Source of the DNA: Oopsacas minuta
Lineage: Eukaryota; Animalia; Porifera
NCBI GenBank assembly: GCA_024704765.1
Contig: JAKMXF010000110.1
Coordinates: forward strand, 496,001-560,000
Reading direction: 5' to 3'
DNA length: 64,000 bases
Shown here in pieces: positions 26,245-36,927 of the stretch. Below the pieces are notes generated by a model. That model ran no database searches. It was given only the letters and a program-made list of their open reading frames with translations, and was not told the DNA's origin. The position numbers were made by a program, and so were the translations under genes. How positions within the stretch are numbered: position 1 is the first letter of the stretch; every line of letters begins with the position of its first letter.

Positions 26245-29200
26245 ATGTCGGCTATAGTCTCATATCCTGTTAATGTAGAATCTGATTCTATTACAGATCA
26301 TGTACAGCAATTTCCTACAGTACCAGAAAGGGTGAGTGTTTACTACTTTTCATTTGTTTTGTTTGTATTTATCATTTGTTGTTGTAGGAAATAATTCTAT
26401 TTTCGAGCGAAAACGTGTTTGTACATATTCCAGCTCAATGCTCTGCTACTAATGAAGAGATAGCCGTTAGAGGAATACTTAAACTAATACACAAGGTGAT
26501 TAACTATAGTCAATTCCCCTCATATCGGAGTCTTAATTGTACTATATGGTCCCAAACCGTTAAAGTGATATATGTTTATCGGTTATATCTAAGTCATTAT
26601 CGTGGTCCATTGAGCTTTGATATAAGGAGAGTTTACTATATCTAATCTATCATCTGCAGGATCAGATTAGAGTTCAATGGTTTCCTACCAATATTAACAC
26701 AAATGATTTAACTTGTCTCTATTCACATGACCCTTCTGATGACTGGGAAGATATCCTTACTGATCTCAATGCTACTGACTTGCCTAACGGAGAGGCGAAT
26801 AGTGCATACACAGGTTAGTTCATAGTATGGTCCCACTATATGCTTATTAGTATTTTAACCATGGATTTGAGATTTAGTTAATTTTATGCCTCATGCAAAT
26901 CCCTAAATCCGCCATCCATGGTTACATAACTAATAAACTTATACTATGTATTACTTAGTTGGTAAAAGTGGAATTGACTCAAAAGCAAATGCACATCATT
27001 CCGCGGGAGAAATCACAATACCAGCAACCAACGGAGATCCGAATATGACACTACGAGTTAAGTCAGAGACTCTACTCTCGGGTAACAAAAGTCCTAAGAG
27101 TCATAACCTATCTCCAGGATTTGTTAATATAGTAACTACTCCTATGTATGACGACAGGAAGAGAGGGAGTTCTTCTGGAACTCCTGTTAAACAACCTCTG
27201 TAAGAATTACGCATATACCATAGATTGTAGTGACTTTTATGCCAGCGAGATTACTACGGACACCCCTCGTTATATCAAAGCTCAAAATTACTTTGATCTA
27301 ACCGATGAATTTTTGCTTTGACGATTTGGGACCATTCTTATACAATTTAAGACTTCGATCTAACGGGAGTTGACTGTATTTACGGTAGGCAACGCTTAAT
27401 ATGGTCACTTCGGGACTGAGTTTCTAGTTTGACCTGTTTCATTGTAACAAGGTCCCCCAATAATTTTTAGCATGGTTCTAGTTCTAGCCAAGTTTCCCTC
27501 TTAAACGGAGTCTACTGTACATCTATCCTTTAGGATTCATTTTGCTAATAATCACAATTCTCCCGTCACTACACCTAACAACAAATCAACTAACATATTT
27601 ACTATCAAACAGTCTCCTAAACACACAGAAAACCCTCTTGACAATGCTATAGCAAACCTGGGAGTGTATTCAGACTTAGACGCTGATGCAGTTTACCTAG
27701 AAAGAGATCAAGCTAAGATCCCAGAAATTAGATCTGTTGTTGTTGATTTCCCTTTGAGTATGTTATTTTCTGTGAAAGAAATTCCTGGAAAGAGCAATGG
27801 AGAATCAAAATCTCACCCAGCTATTAGATTCAATTTGAATGGAACTAAACCGACACAGATTTTGTATTTCCATTCTGGTAAAGCTACTATGATTAAGTTC
27901 TTAAGTGAGTTAGAGCGACACGTTCTTCTCCACAGGTTGGTTGTTAGGTAGAAGTGTTATGTTCAGTGTTGCGAGATGATGTGCTCATAAAGTCCATGCC
28001 ACAAACCCGAAAAAGTTCATTTCCATGTTCATGACACGGATCTAAGAAATTGATGCTATGTGTTCATTCCAACTTCATACAAAAAGTCAAAACTTCATTC
28101 CAAGTATTTACCATAAGTCGAAAGTTCTGGCACTTATGAAGTTTGTTCATTTTCTGGCAACACTTGTTCTGTCCCCGAAACGAGACAAAATCGGAATTGT
28201 CCACTTCTGGCAGGCCAGACTAACACCATACGCTTAGTCTCAGTAAAAATTTTTTGCGTTTATTAGTAATAAGGAGGATTGCGTAATCTGCTAAATAGAT
28301 CAATTTTTTTGATTAGCTAAAAGGCCGATGCAATGAAGTTAAGGAAGTAGCAGATCACATAGCCTCCATATTTATATGTAACTTACGTGTTTATATACCA
28401 CAATTAAACTAGTTTGTAAATGAAGTGGTTGTGTAATAATTCAATGAGAGACGCATGGTTTCTTAACCTTTGGTATGGACAAACTTGGCTACGCATTTGT
28501 CCTCAGGGATATTTTTGGTCAAGCGATCTTTGGCCAACATGCTTCCAAAATGAAATAATACAAAAGTATGATTGCGTAACCTGCTAGAATTATTGTTCCA
28601 AATGACCCGCTGCTATAGAGAGATGAAGTAGCAGATCACATAGCCTCCAATTCTTAGGTATACAGCCTTAAATAACAACTAGGTTAAACTGAAAATTATT
28701 TTGGAATTGTAGCAGTTAGAGCATACAGGAAAAGTGCCTATTAACAGTCCTGGGCGGATTGGTGACTTTAAAACGGTCTTGGCAAAATTCCGAAACCAAT
28801 TGTCCACCGCGGGCATTTACTCGGTGCCTTAGTGGGCGATTTCGCCCAAGTTAAAACCATTCTCACCGATCCTTGGATATTTCGGTTAACTTTCTGCCTA
28901 TTTAATCCAATTCTGATTAGACATGATGAAGACCCATCTCTCCTTATGACAGAGGGAGAAGATTTTGCTGGCAATTATCATAAGCAACGTACAACAGAAC
29001 ACAGAAGTTATATGCAAATGGGATTTTCTAAAGCTAACGATATTATAAGTGAAATATATAAAATACCGAAGCTAGGTGCTTTCATGAATTCTCCATTCCA
29101 GAAGAATCCAAATACTCAATTCTATGCAGAAAAACCTGAGATAAAAATTAGCGGTAAAAGTGAAGAAGACAACAATTTATTGGAAGTTACAAAATCTATT

Positions 29201-30453
29201 CCGTTTTTGGATAAGCCCAATTTCGATCCTTTGGTAAGAATGGTTGTTACAACATATTCGTATACAGCTACAGTCTTCTATTTGTGTTCCCTATTTAGCC
29301 GCTAGTACAGAGTATCGATGGTAAAAAGAGGGGACGACCTCTTAACAGAGAAGATTGGGAACATTTCTGCAATAGTGATGGTTCTGTCTCAGATCCTAAA
29401 GCTCTTAAAAGAATAATATTCATTGGAGTACGTTATTTATAATATTGAAAATCTTATTAAAACCCAAACTACAGAATGTGTTTCTTAGGGAGTGAGTGAA
29501 GATATTCGTCCGTTGGTTTGGCTGTATTTACTTGGATATTATGAGTTCACAAATACAAAAGATCAGAGAGAAAAGCTAATCAACCAGAAAGAGTAATCAC
29601 TGTAAACAATACGTTACCAATTAGGAGTCTGTATTTATATAATTGCATACTTGACTATATAGCCCGATCTTGGCGGTAATTCTGGACATGTTTTCCCGCC
29701 AAAATGATAATTCCCGCATTTTTATAGTCGATACCGGTAATATATTATTTCCCGCTAAATAGTATATTCCATATTTCTTCACTGAAGTTATCAAATATAT
29801 AATTGTAATTACTCAAATAGGAATGACTATCAAGTAATGAGAAGTCAATGGAAAACTATGTCATCTGATCAGATTAAGAGAAATAAATCTTTTCATAAAG
29901 CCAAGACAATAATTGGTAAGAAATAATTAATAATTTTAGTACAGCCGTTCCAAATCTGGCGTATAGACCCCTTGGTGGTCCACGGACGACAGCAGGAGGT
30001 CCACAGAATGTGTTAACATATGGCTATATGGGTGAAAAAGGTTGGGAACGAAATAGAATTGTGTAACTCAATAATTCTTGTAGGCAAAGACACAATTCGG
30101 ACGGATAGAGACCATCCTTACTTTGCTGGAGAAGAAAACAAGAATTTGGATACTCTACAGGATATCCTGCTTACTCATGTCATGTATGACTTTGATTTAG
30201 GTAACTTGCAAATCTTTGAAGTTGAGGACGCACTTTATGCGAGAATTTTTGGCACCGAGCGTTCACAATAGCCGAACAATAAATTGAGTTATCTATTTGC
30301 TATGTGTTTATAGGTTATGTTCAAGGCATGAGTGATATACTGTCTCCTATACTAATTGTGGTAGACAGAGAAGTTAATGCATTTTGGTGCTTCGCACACT
30401 ACATAGGAAAACTTGTGAGCACAATACTTTCACTTAAATACCCATACATGCAT

Positions 30454-30530
<77 letters not shown>

Positions 30531-31566
30531 GTTATTATTATTATTATTATTATTATTGTATGTTTAGCATGAGAATTTCGCTAACACGACATTAGTATTG
30601 AATAAAAAGATGGATAAGTTTAAAGATCTACTCAAGTTTGTTGATCCACCCTTCTGTGCTTATTTAAGTTAGTTACTACGAACATTTAATGCTTAGTTCG
30701 ACTACCGTCATATCCAACACGGATATATATGAAATACCCGCTTATATTGAAGTCTGATAACAGGAGTTGTATTTTACTGTATTCTATATATCTGTTAGGG
30801 GAAAATGAAGCTTACGGATTCAATATATTCTTTCGTTGGTTGCTAATAGACTTCAAAAGAGAATTCAGCTTAGAAGATGTATTAAAGCTGTGGGAAGTAT
30901 TATGGACTGATCATTTGACTACAGATTACTATTTATTCATTGCTCTATCAATGTTGTTACAGATGAGGCATCAAATTATGGAGCAAGATCTAGATCAACC
31001 AGATTTCTCACCCTTTGATAATATTTTTAAAGTACGGTTAACTCCCGTTACATCTAACACGGATATACCGAAATGCCTGCTTATTTTGAAGTATAAAATT
31101 GTACAAATATGGTCCCAAACAAACAAGTAACATATATGCCATCAGTTCTATTGAAGTAATTATCATATTCCTTTACCTTCTGCATAACCAGAGTTGTCTG
31201 TAATTGTCGTCCCTTAACCATCAAGTACAGAAGGGGGAAATATCTCGGGGAATGTTCAACTGTTAATCCCTTTACTATTCATAGAATTGACATGCAATTT
31301 GATTTACTTCCGTGTGTATTATTGTAATTTTAATATTTTAGATGATTAACGATGCTGCTGGTGCATTTGATGTCGACAAGACATTGATACTAGCAGAAGC
31401 TCTTTTCGCTAAACTGATAAACTGTCCTAATCTTCCAGAGGAGATTATTCCTTTATTCCCAACATATAAACGGCAGAAGTCTACGAAATATTGTCCAGCT
31501 AATGTAGAAGATGATACCTATTGTTCAGAGACAAATCTTGATGTACAAGAATTACATTTTGCTTAG
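26245..31566 (+). CDS. TBC1D15: TBC-domain Rab GAP, TBC1D15/17 family, multi-exon
   Basis: N-terminal IILFSSENVFVH..VRGILKLIHK and LYFHSG match the TBC1D15/17 N-terminal region. TBC domain: GVSEDIRPLVWLYLLGYY, KDTIRTDR, DILLTHVMYDFDLGYVQGMSDILSP, FFRWLLIDFKREFSLEDVLKLWEVLWT. About 14 GT-AG exons. TBC1D15 versus TBC1D17 is unresolved. Confidence 0.88.
28274..28649. repeat. Two nearby copies (28274-28366, ~28569-28649) of a short element with imperfect terminal inverted repeats
   Basis: Both read gattgcgtaaYctgcta...gaagtagcagatcacatagcctcca; located in a TBC1D15 intron. Confidence 0.7.
29942..30053. mobile_element. Short hAT-like MITE family (core gtccacggacgacagcaggaggtccaca)
   Basis: Ends resemble CAGCGGTTCCCAACC / GGTTGGGAAC. 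Homologous copies at ~4240-4330 (reverse), ~20268-20326 (reverse) and ~20797-20904. Confidence 0.7.
30455..30557. repeat. (TTA)n microsatellite, ~34 units
   Basis: Directly visible in a TBC1D15 intron, with one GTT interruption; explains the poly-Leu of ORF 30304-30567. Confidence 0.97.
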
Positions 31567-32035
31567 CAAAAATGAACTGATTTGTATATTATGGCTTTAG
31601 TATTCTTTTACATTAAATCAGGTCTTCAGTGAGCTATTGCATTTAATTAGTGAAGTGGGGATACCGCTCGAACCTATGCTAGAACTCAAGAATAATTGTG
31701 AATTTCCTGAATTTTAGGACAATCTAGGTGACAATTAACTTTCATAAACTGATGAAATGAATTATTCAATAATTAACCAATTTTTCCCAGTTTTTAACAA
31801 GTATTTTGAAAGATTGGTAGATATCGAAAAATGAACTTCGTACTTAGTGACTCTCATTTGGCTTAGTTTTGCAAATATTTAATGTTTATTAATATATTTC
31901 ACTCGTGTTATCACACTATATATCACACAACACTATACAAACTAATTACACATACGTGTATAACTAAATAGAGCTTAGTAACTAGTAGACTACAAACTAA
32001 TAGACAAACGAGCTATAGCATCAATACAGTATGTA

Positions 32036-32704
32036 TTATACTGTAGATAAGATGAACAGAGCTATAGCAGCTAGCATCATTAGTAAACTGCTAGCTAATC
32101 CTGCTGCTGAAGAGCTGTAGCATGCATCACATGTAAACTCGGAGCAAGATTCAGGTAGTGTGAACAGAGAAAATGGAGGTTGTCCGTTAAGGTAGTTAGA
32201 TATGGTTATTACGATTACTGAACCACCAGATCCTGTATCAGCAACCGCAATACTAAATACCGTAGGCCTTCCATTAACTATTACGACACTGAGCGTGATA
32301 GGTGGGATTGTAACGGTGAATGTTCCTGGAGGAGCCTCTGTAGCGCCTTGGAAAACATCCCAAAAATTTGATGTAAGGGGTATAGGCGATTGTCCAGTCA
32401 TAGAAGCTCCATCGGTCATCGTACAATTCTGACCCGTGAATGTACCATATGTTGCGTTATCGTTCACACTTGTAATGGCAAATATATTGAAAGTTGCTCC
32501 ACTTGAAATAAAGTCAATATTTTGATATGCGAGCTCTCTTGTAGCATCGATGGCTATATCAAAACGCGGGTAAGTAATAACCGTGCCATCCGTCGCGGTA
32601 GCTACAGCAGTACCTTGCATATAAAAGCTCGGAGAGAGGTCAGGGAATTGTGCGTTTGTAGCAGCAAACATCGCGCACAAGCAAACTAATATTAGACTGT
32701 TCAT
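32036..32704 (-). CDS. Secreted, probably GPI-anchored ependymin-related (EPDR/LolA-fold-like) protein, copy A, 222 aa
   Basis: Single-exon ORF from ATG 32704. Signal peptide MNSLILVCLCAMFAATNA; beta-rich mature region with TY..GQNC and C-terminal ISNYLNGQPPFSLFTLPESC, resembling the ependymin F..P..C motif; small-residue site followed by hydrophobic tail (SSSAAGLASSLLMMLAAIALFILSTV). The ORF is solid; the family assignment is pattern recognition only. Confidence 0.6.
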   Translation of the reverse strand: MNSLILVCLCAMFAATNAQFPDLSPSFYMQGTAVATATDGTVITYPRFDIAIDATRELAYQNIDFISSGATFNIFAITSVNDNATYGTFTGQNCTMTDGASMTGQSPIPLTSNFWDVFQGATEAPPGTFTVTIPPITLSVVIVNGRPTVFSIAVADTGSGGSVIVITISNYLNGQPPFSLFTLPESCSEFTCDACYSSSAAGLASSLLMMLAAIALFILSTV

Positions 32705-33111
32705 GATTCTATCTAGAAATAATACTAACATTATTTATATTATTGTGTACAATACAATATATTATTGTCTTAGAAATTATAGAAGTGTTAGGTTAATGAT
32801 AAATGAATTTGATTCATCTCATTTATACTTCATCGCTTTACCTATGTGAATGTACCAACTTTCATAATTTTGAGAATTCTGATTCTTGAGTATTATATAA
32901 CAAAAAGGCGTTCCTGATGATCAGAGTAACATAGTTAAGTAATATATCTGTTTAATTAACTCCCATTTATTCGCCACCTGCTAGTTATCTAATATCTTTA
33001 CTCAGTTGTAAGTTATGTAGTTTATTGATTTACACAAAGCTGAACAAATATATTTATGTTCTTTTCTTTCCCTACCGTGTACGTCTTAAGCTGAGTACGT
33101 AGTACCTGGTA

Positions 33112-33279
33112 CAGTGAAACCTCGTTAATACGAATTTCCGGTTAAGACGAACAGAGTTTTACACAATTTTAGTTCGTACAATGTGCATTCAATTGTTTTT
33201 ACTCCGATTAATACGTACTCCGGATAAGGAGTACAAATCTCGACGGTCCCTTGGTGTACGTATTAACGAGGTTCTACTG
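33112..33279. mobile_element. MITE family C (TIR CAGTRRAACCTCGTTAATACG, TA target)
   Basis: About 21-bp TIRs with two mismatches, flanked by TA. Related copies at 7204-7338, 26106-26166 (internally deleted), and partial copies at ~11000-11030 and ~54527-54610. Confidence 0.87.
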
Positions 33280-33351
33280 TATGTACTAATTGAGTTCTAC
33301 TGTATTTACTCTTAAGGTTCTCGTAAATCTTGCAAGCACTGTTTTCGGCCA

Positions 33352-33481
33352 GTAACCGTGTCAATCGGCCCGGTAGCTACAGCAGTAGCTTGCATATATA
33401 AGCTCGGAGAGAGGTCAGGGAATTGTGTGTTTGTTTCAGAAAACAGCAAACTAATACTAGACTGTTCATGATTCTATCTAG
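33352..33481 (-). pseudogene. Decayed 5' fragment of a third ependymin-like gene copy
   Basis: Near-identical to the first ~130 nt of the 32704 and 35467 genes (gctcggagagaggtcagggaattg..agactgttcatgattctatctag). It has an internal deletion in the signal-peptide region and lacks the rest of the CDS. Confidence 0.85.
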
Positions 33482-33956
33482 CAATACTACTAAGATTATT
33501 TATTATCAGCAAAAGTATATTTTAAGTTATTTTGGAAAGATTCGATTTGTCTTAATAATATTTCATATTTGAGTTTACTCTGAATGTATTCAACTTAATA
33601 ATGTATGAATACGTATTTCTTTGTCTTGAGCTATCTGTATCAGTTATCAGGAGGGAAAGCCCATTAAAAATTATATTAAATATTAATGTGATTCAAAAGA
33701 TCGAATTTTCCATTTTCCGCAATTACCTACTGACTGTATTTTGTGTTTATAGGCTAGCTTATACGATAGGGAATTTGTGTTATGTCAGTAGTTTTAGGAT
33801 AATCTAGGATAATTAACTATTCATGAATTGACGAAATGAATTAATCAATAATGAACCAATTTTCCCCGGATTTGAATAAATATCGAAAAATGAACTTCGT
33901 ACTTAGTAACTCTCTTTTGGCTTAGTTTTTGCAGAATAATTACGATTATTAATATA

Positions 33957-34660
33957 CTAGCCGCAACGCCGCCTTCTGGGCGGCTTTTCTGCTAGTTCCT
34001 CCGGAATGCTTTTTCGGGCCTTTGGCCCTCATGATTCTCTTTTGGCGTTTTCGAATGCTACGCGGTCACATGTATTATCAGCTCTTAGTGAACAATCAAA
34101 AAACCTATTACATTGCTATGCGGCATTCGTTTAAGTGTGTTGTAATGTGATGCTACAACATTACATTAAGCCAATTCTTCAAGTGCAGTTATTTATTTTA
34201 GGTGAGGTATTAGTACTATTTATACTAAAGTACTTTATTAGCCTTTTAAGATAGTTCCTGTGGAATGCTTTGTGAAGGGTCGTGGAGTAATGCGGACAAA
34301 GTTGGGTATCACTTTCTCCACATTACTCCACGGGATCAATAACCTGTGAATAGTAACTATTGTAATTGGTAGAATCTGATTGGACCAAATTCCCAGACAT
34401 GTTCATAATATAAGGAAGGAATCTGACTGGCCAACGTTGACCAATCAGATTCCTCTGAAAATGCATTGATTTATATGGGCGAGGTGTGAAAAATTCACAT
34501 ATCTTGTCCAAAAATGGTTCAATTCGAAAAATATTTCTTATTTGGAAAGATTGAGTACTACTTAGTCGACACACAAAATTTGGTTCGAATCGGTCCAGGC
34601 ATCTCTGAGATAACGCGTGGACACACATACATACACTTTGTTTTATATATATATATATAT
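33957..34660 (-). mobile_element. Non-autonomous Helitron/Helentron-like element, 704 bp
   Basis: Absent from the paralogous flank at ~31890 (empty site aatata|tttcactcg) and inserted between A and T with no TSD. On the - strand it ends CTAG, preceded by a GC hairpin (gccgcc-cagaa-ggcggc). The other end has (TA)n and tgtatgtatgtgtgtcc..ggaccgattcgaaccaaattt. Confidence 0.8.
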
Positions 34661-34798
34661 TTTCACTCGTGTTATCACACTATATATCACACAACACTAT
34701 ACAAACTAACTACTAATACGTGTATAACTAAAGAGAGCTAGTAACTAGTAGACTACAAACTAATAGACAAACGAGCTATAGCATCAATACAGTATGTA

Positions 34799-35467
34799 TT
34801 ATACTGTAGATAAGATGAACAGAGCTATAGCAGCTAGCATCATTAGTAAACTGCTAGCTAATCCTGCTGCTGAAGAGCTGTAGCATGCATCACAGGTAAA
34901 CTCGGAGCAGGATTCAGGTAGTGTGAACAGAGAAAATGGAGGTTGTCCGTTAAGGTAGTTAGATATGGTTATTACGGTTACTATACCACCAAATCCTGTA
35001 TCAGCAACCGCAATAGTAAATACCGTAGGCCTTCCATTAACTATTACGACACTGAGCGTGATAGGTGGGTTTGCAACGGTGAATGTTCCTGGAGGAGCCT
35101 CTGTAGCGTTTTCGAAAGTATCCCAAAAATTTGATGTAAGGGGTATAGGCGATTGTCCAGTCATAGAAGCTCCATCGGTCATCGTACAATTCTGACCCGT
35201 CAATGTAGAGTATGTTGCGTTATCGCTTTCACTTGTAATGGAAAATGCATTGAAAGTTGTTCCATTGAATATAAAGTCAGAATTTATATATGCGAGCTCT
35301 CTTGTAGCATCGATGGCTATATCAAACCGCGGGGAAGTAATAACCGTGCCATCCGTCGTGGTATCTACAGCAGTACCTTGCATATAAAAGCTCGGAGAGA
35401 GGTCAGGGAATTGTGCGTTTGTAGCAGCAAACATCGCGCACAAGCAAACTAATATTAGACTGTTCAT
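34799..35467 (-). CDS. Secreted, probably GPI-anchored ependymin-related protein, copy B, 222 aa
   Basis: Intact single-exon paralogue of 32036-32704, differing at 23 of 222 residues by my alignment; signal peptide and C-terminal tail identical. Confidence 0.6.
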   Translation of the reverse strand: MNSLILVCLCAMFAATNAQFPDLSPSFYMQGTAVDTTTDGTVITSPRFDIAIDATRELAYINSDFIFNGTTFNAFSITSESDNATYSTLTGQNCTMTDGASMTGQSPIPLTSNFWDTFENATEAPPGTFTVANPPITLSVVIVNGRPTVFTIAVADTGFGGIVTVITISNYLNGQPPFSLFTLPESCSEFTCDACYSSSAAGLASSLLMMLAAIALFILSTV

Positions 35468-35886
35468 GATTCTATCTAGAAATGCTGAGTTAAATAGTAT
35501 AATAATAGAAAAAGTAAATATTATATAGAAATAACAAACAAATTAGACAAACATTTTGATAATAACTGCTCCTACTTATAGCTAACCCAAGCCTACTAAC
35601 TGCTACTCCTAAAGACACCTTGTGACGTATACCGACTCGTAACGACTTTCATAATTTTGTGAAATATAATTCATTGTTGTTTTGAAGGATAAGAATCACC
35701 ACGACTTTTGGGCCCACCAAGCAGAATTCAAAATGATTATTAATCTTGAAAGGTTTTGGACTTAGATCATGTAATGCTTATTTTTGCTTAATCATTACAC
35801 AAGATTTCAAAAATCTGTGGTATGCAACACTTGTACATTACATCATTCACGTGTTTGGAGATTACGTAATACCTCTTTCTTCTTAG

Positions 35887-36055
35887 GTCCAATCTTGTCG
35901 TAATTGTCATTTGACTACCACCTCAGCCTCAAAAGAAACTGCAACCAATTCCTCCACCTGACCAGCCCTGGAAGCACATCGGTATTGATCTGGTCTGTGA
36001 CTCAATTTTAGATTATCTAATTAGTGTTAATTACTTCAAGTAGGTTAAACTGGTT
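35887..36055 (+). mobile_element. Degenerate Gypsy/Ginger(GIN)-type integrase fragment
   Basis: Translates, with one frameshift and a stop, as VQSCRNCH / QPQKKLQPIPPPDQPWKHIGIDLV / YLISVNYFK*VK. This matches the integrase CxxC zinc motif, the LxPIP..PW..IGIDL core start and the VDYFSKWV motif. Confidence 0.6.
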
Positions 36056-36927
36056 TAATACTATATATATTTTATTATCATCTCCCTGACACAGACTGTA
36101 TTTGGTTATTACATATTTCTTCCCTTAAGTCTTGTTAACTCGCCTAAATATTTTCATATCTCACCATTTAATAAATATCTTACATTATTACGAAGGCGTG
36201 TATCGTAGACATAACTTTTTACCGTTATATCGTCATGCATTCTCGGCTTACGAATTATCCAGATGTTGACAGAATCATCACGAGGGAGTATAGACAGTAT
36301 TAATTCATTTAATTAGTTCTAATTGTTACATATAACTTTCACCATCTGTTCTTTAAATATACTTATATTACCCAATATTTAATAATATCTCACTGAAGAA
36401 ATTATGGAAGTCTATTTTTCATAAATATTTGTCTCTCACAATTGAGATAATAAAGATGTTGATAATTCATTTATCATATAATGTAGATTACGGATAATCA
36501 CAAAAGTTAATCATGTGTTGATGAAAATAGGTGGGAGACGTTTGTGTACGTAAACATTTGCCTTGGGTGTTGTTCCAGCTGTGCCTTAATAGGCTTTTTG
36601 AGTTCCAGGAAGGAAACTTCATGATATTTGCACACAAACTGTCATACTCCCGATGCAAATACTAAAACCAGAAACTCAAAAGGCTATACTACGTGTATCT
36701 TGTAAATAACAAGGAATTGCAAACCTAAGCTACAACCTCTTTACAACGGACAGCCCTGCTCCCAATGTGTCTGTCTATTGTGAAATTCACTTGAAATAAA
36801 TATTAGTTTAATATCAAACTATTAATACAAGCTATAAGTTAGTAATCTCTACCTTACGCATGCATACCATTATATGCTTTACAATAAATTACTGAAAATA
36901 TTAACTAAGAAATTATTCAAAGTTGGG

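Noticed and set aside
28768-28920. 5' part of ORF 28832-29305 and antisense ORF 28768-28974
   Set aside because: Frame continuity with the previous TBC1D15 exon puts the acceptor at 28920, so this part is intronic.
30304-30567. ORF with a long poly-Leu tract
   Set aside because: The real exon (~30313-30413) ends at a GT donor; the poly-Leu is an intronic (TTA)n microsatellite.
32202-32432. + strand ORFs duplicated at 34965-35195
   Set aside because: Antisense to the ependymin-like CDS; conserved only because the locus is duplicated.
34580-34600. GGTTCGAATC tRNA T-loop/B-box-like motif
   Set aside because: No cloverleaf or A-box; it is part of the Helitron-like element.
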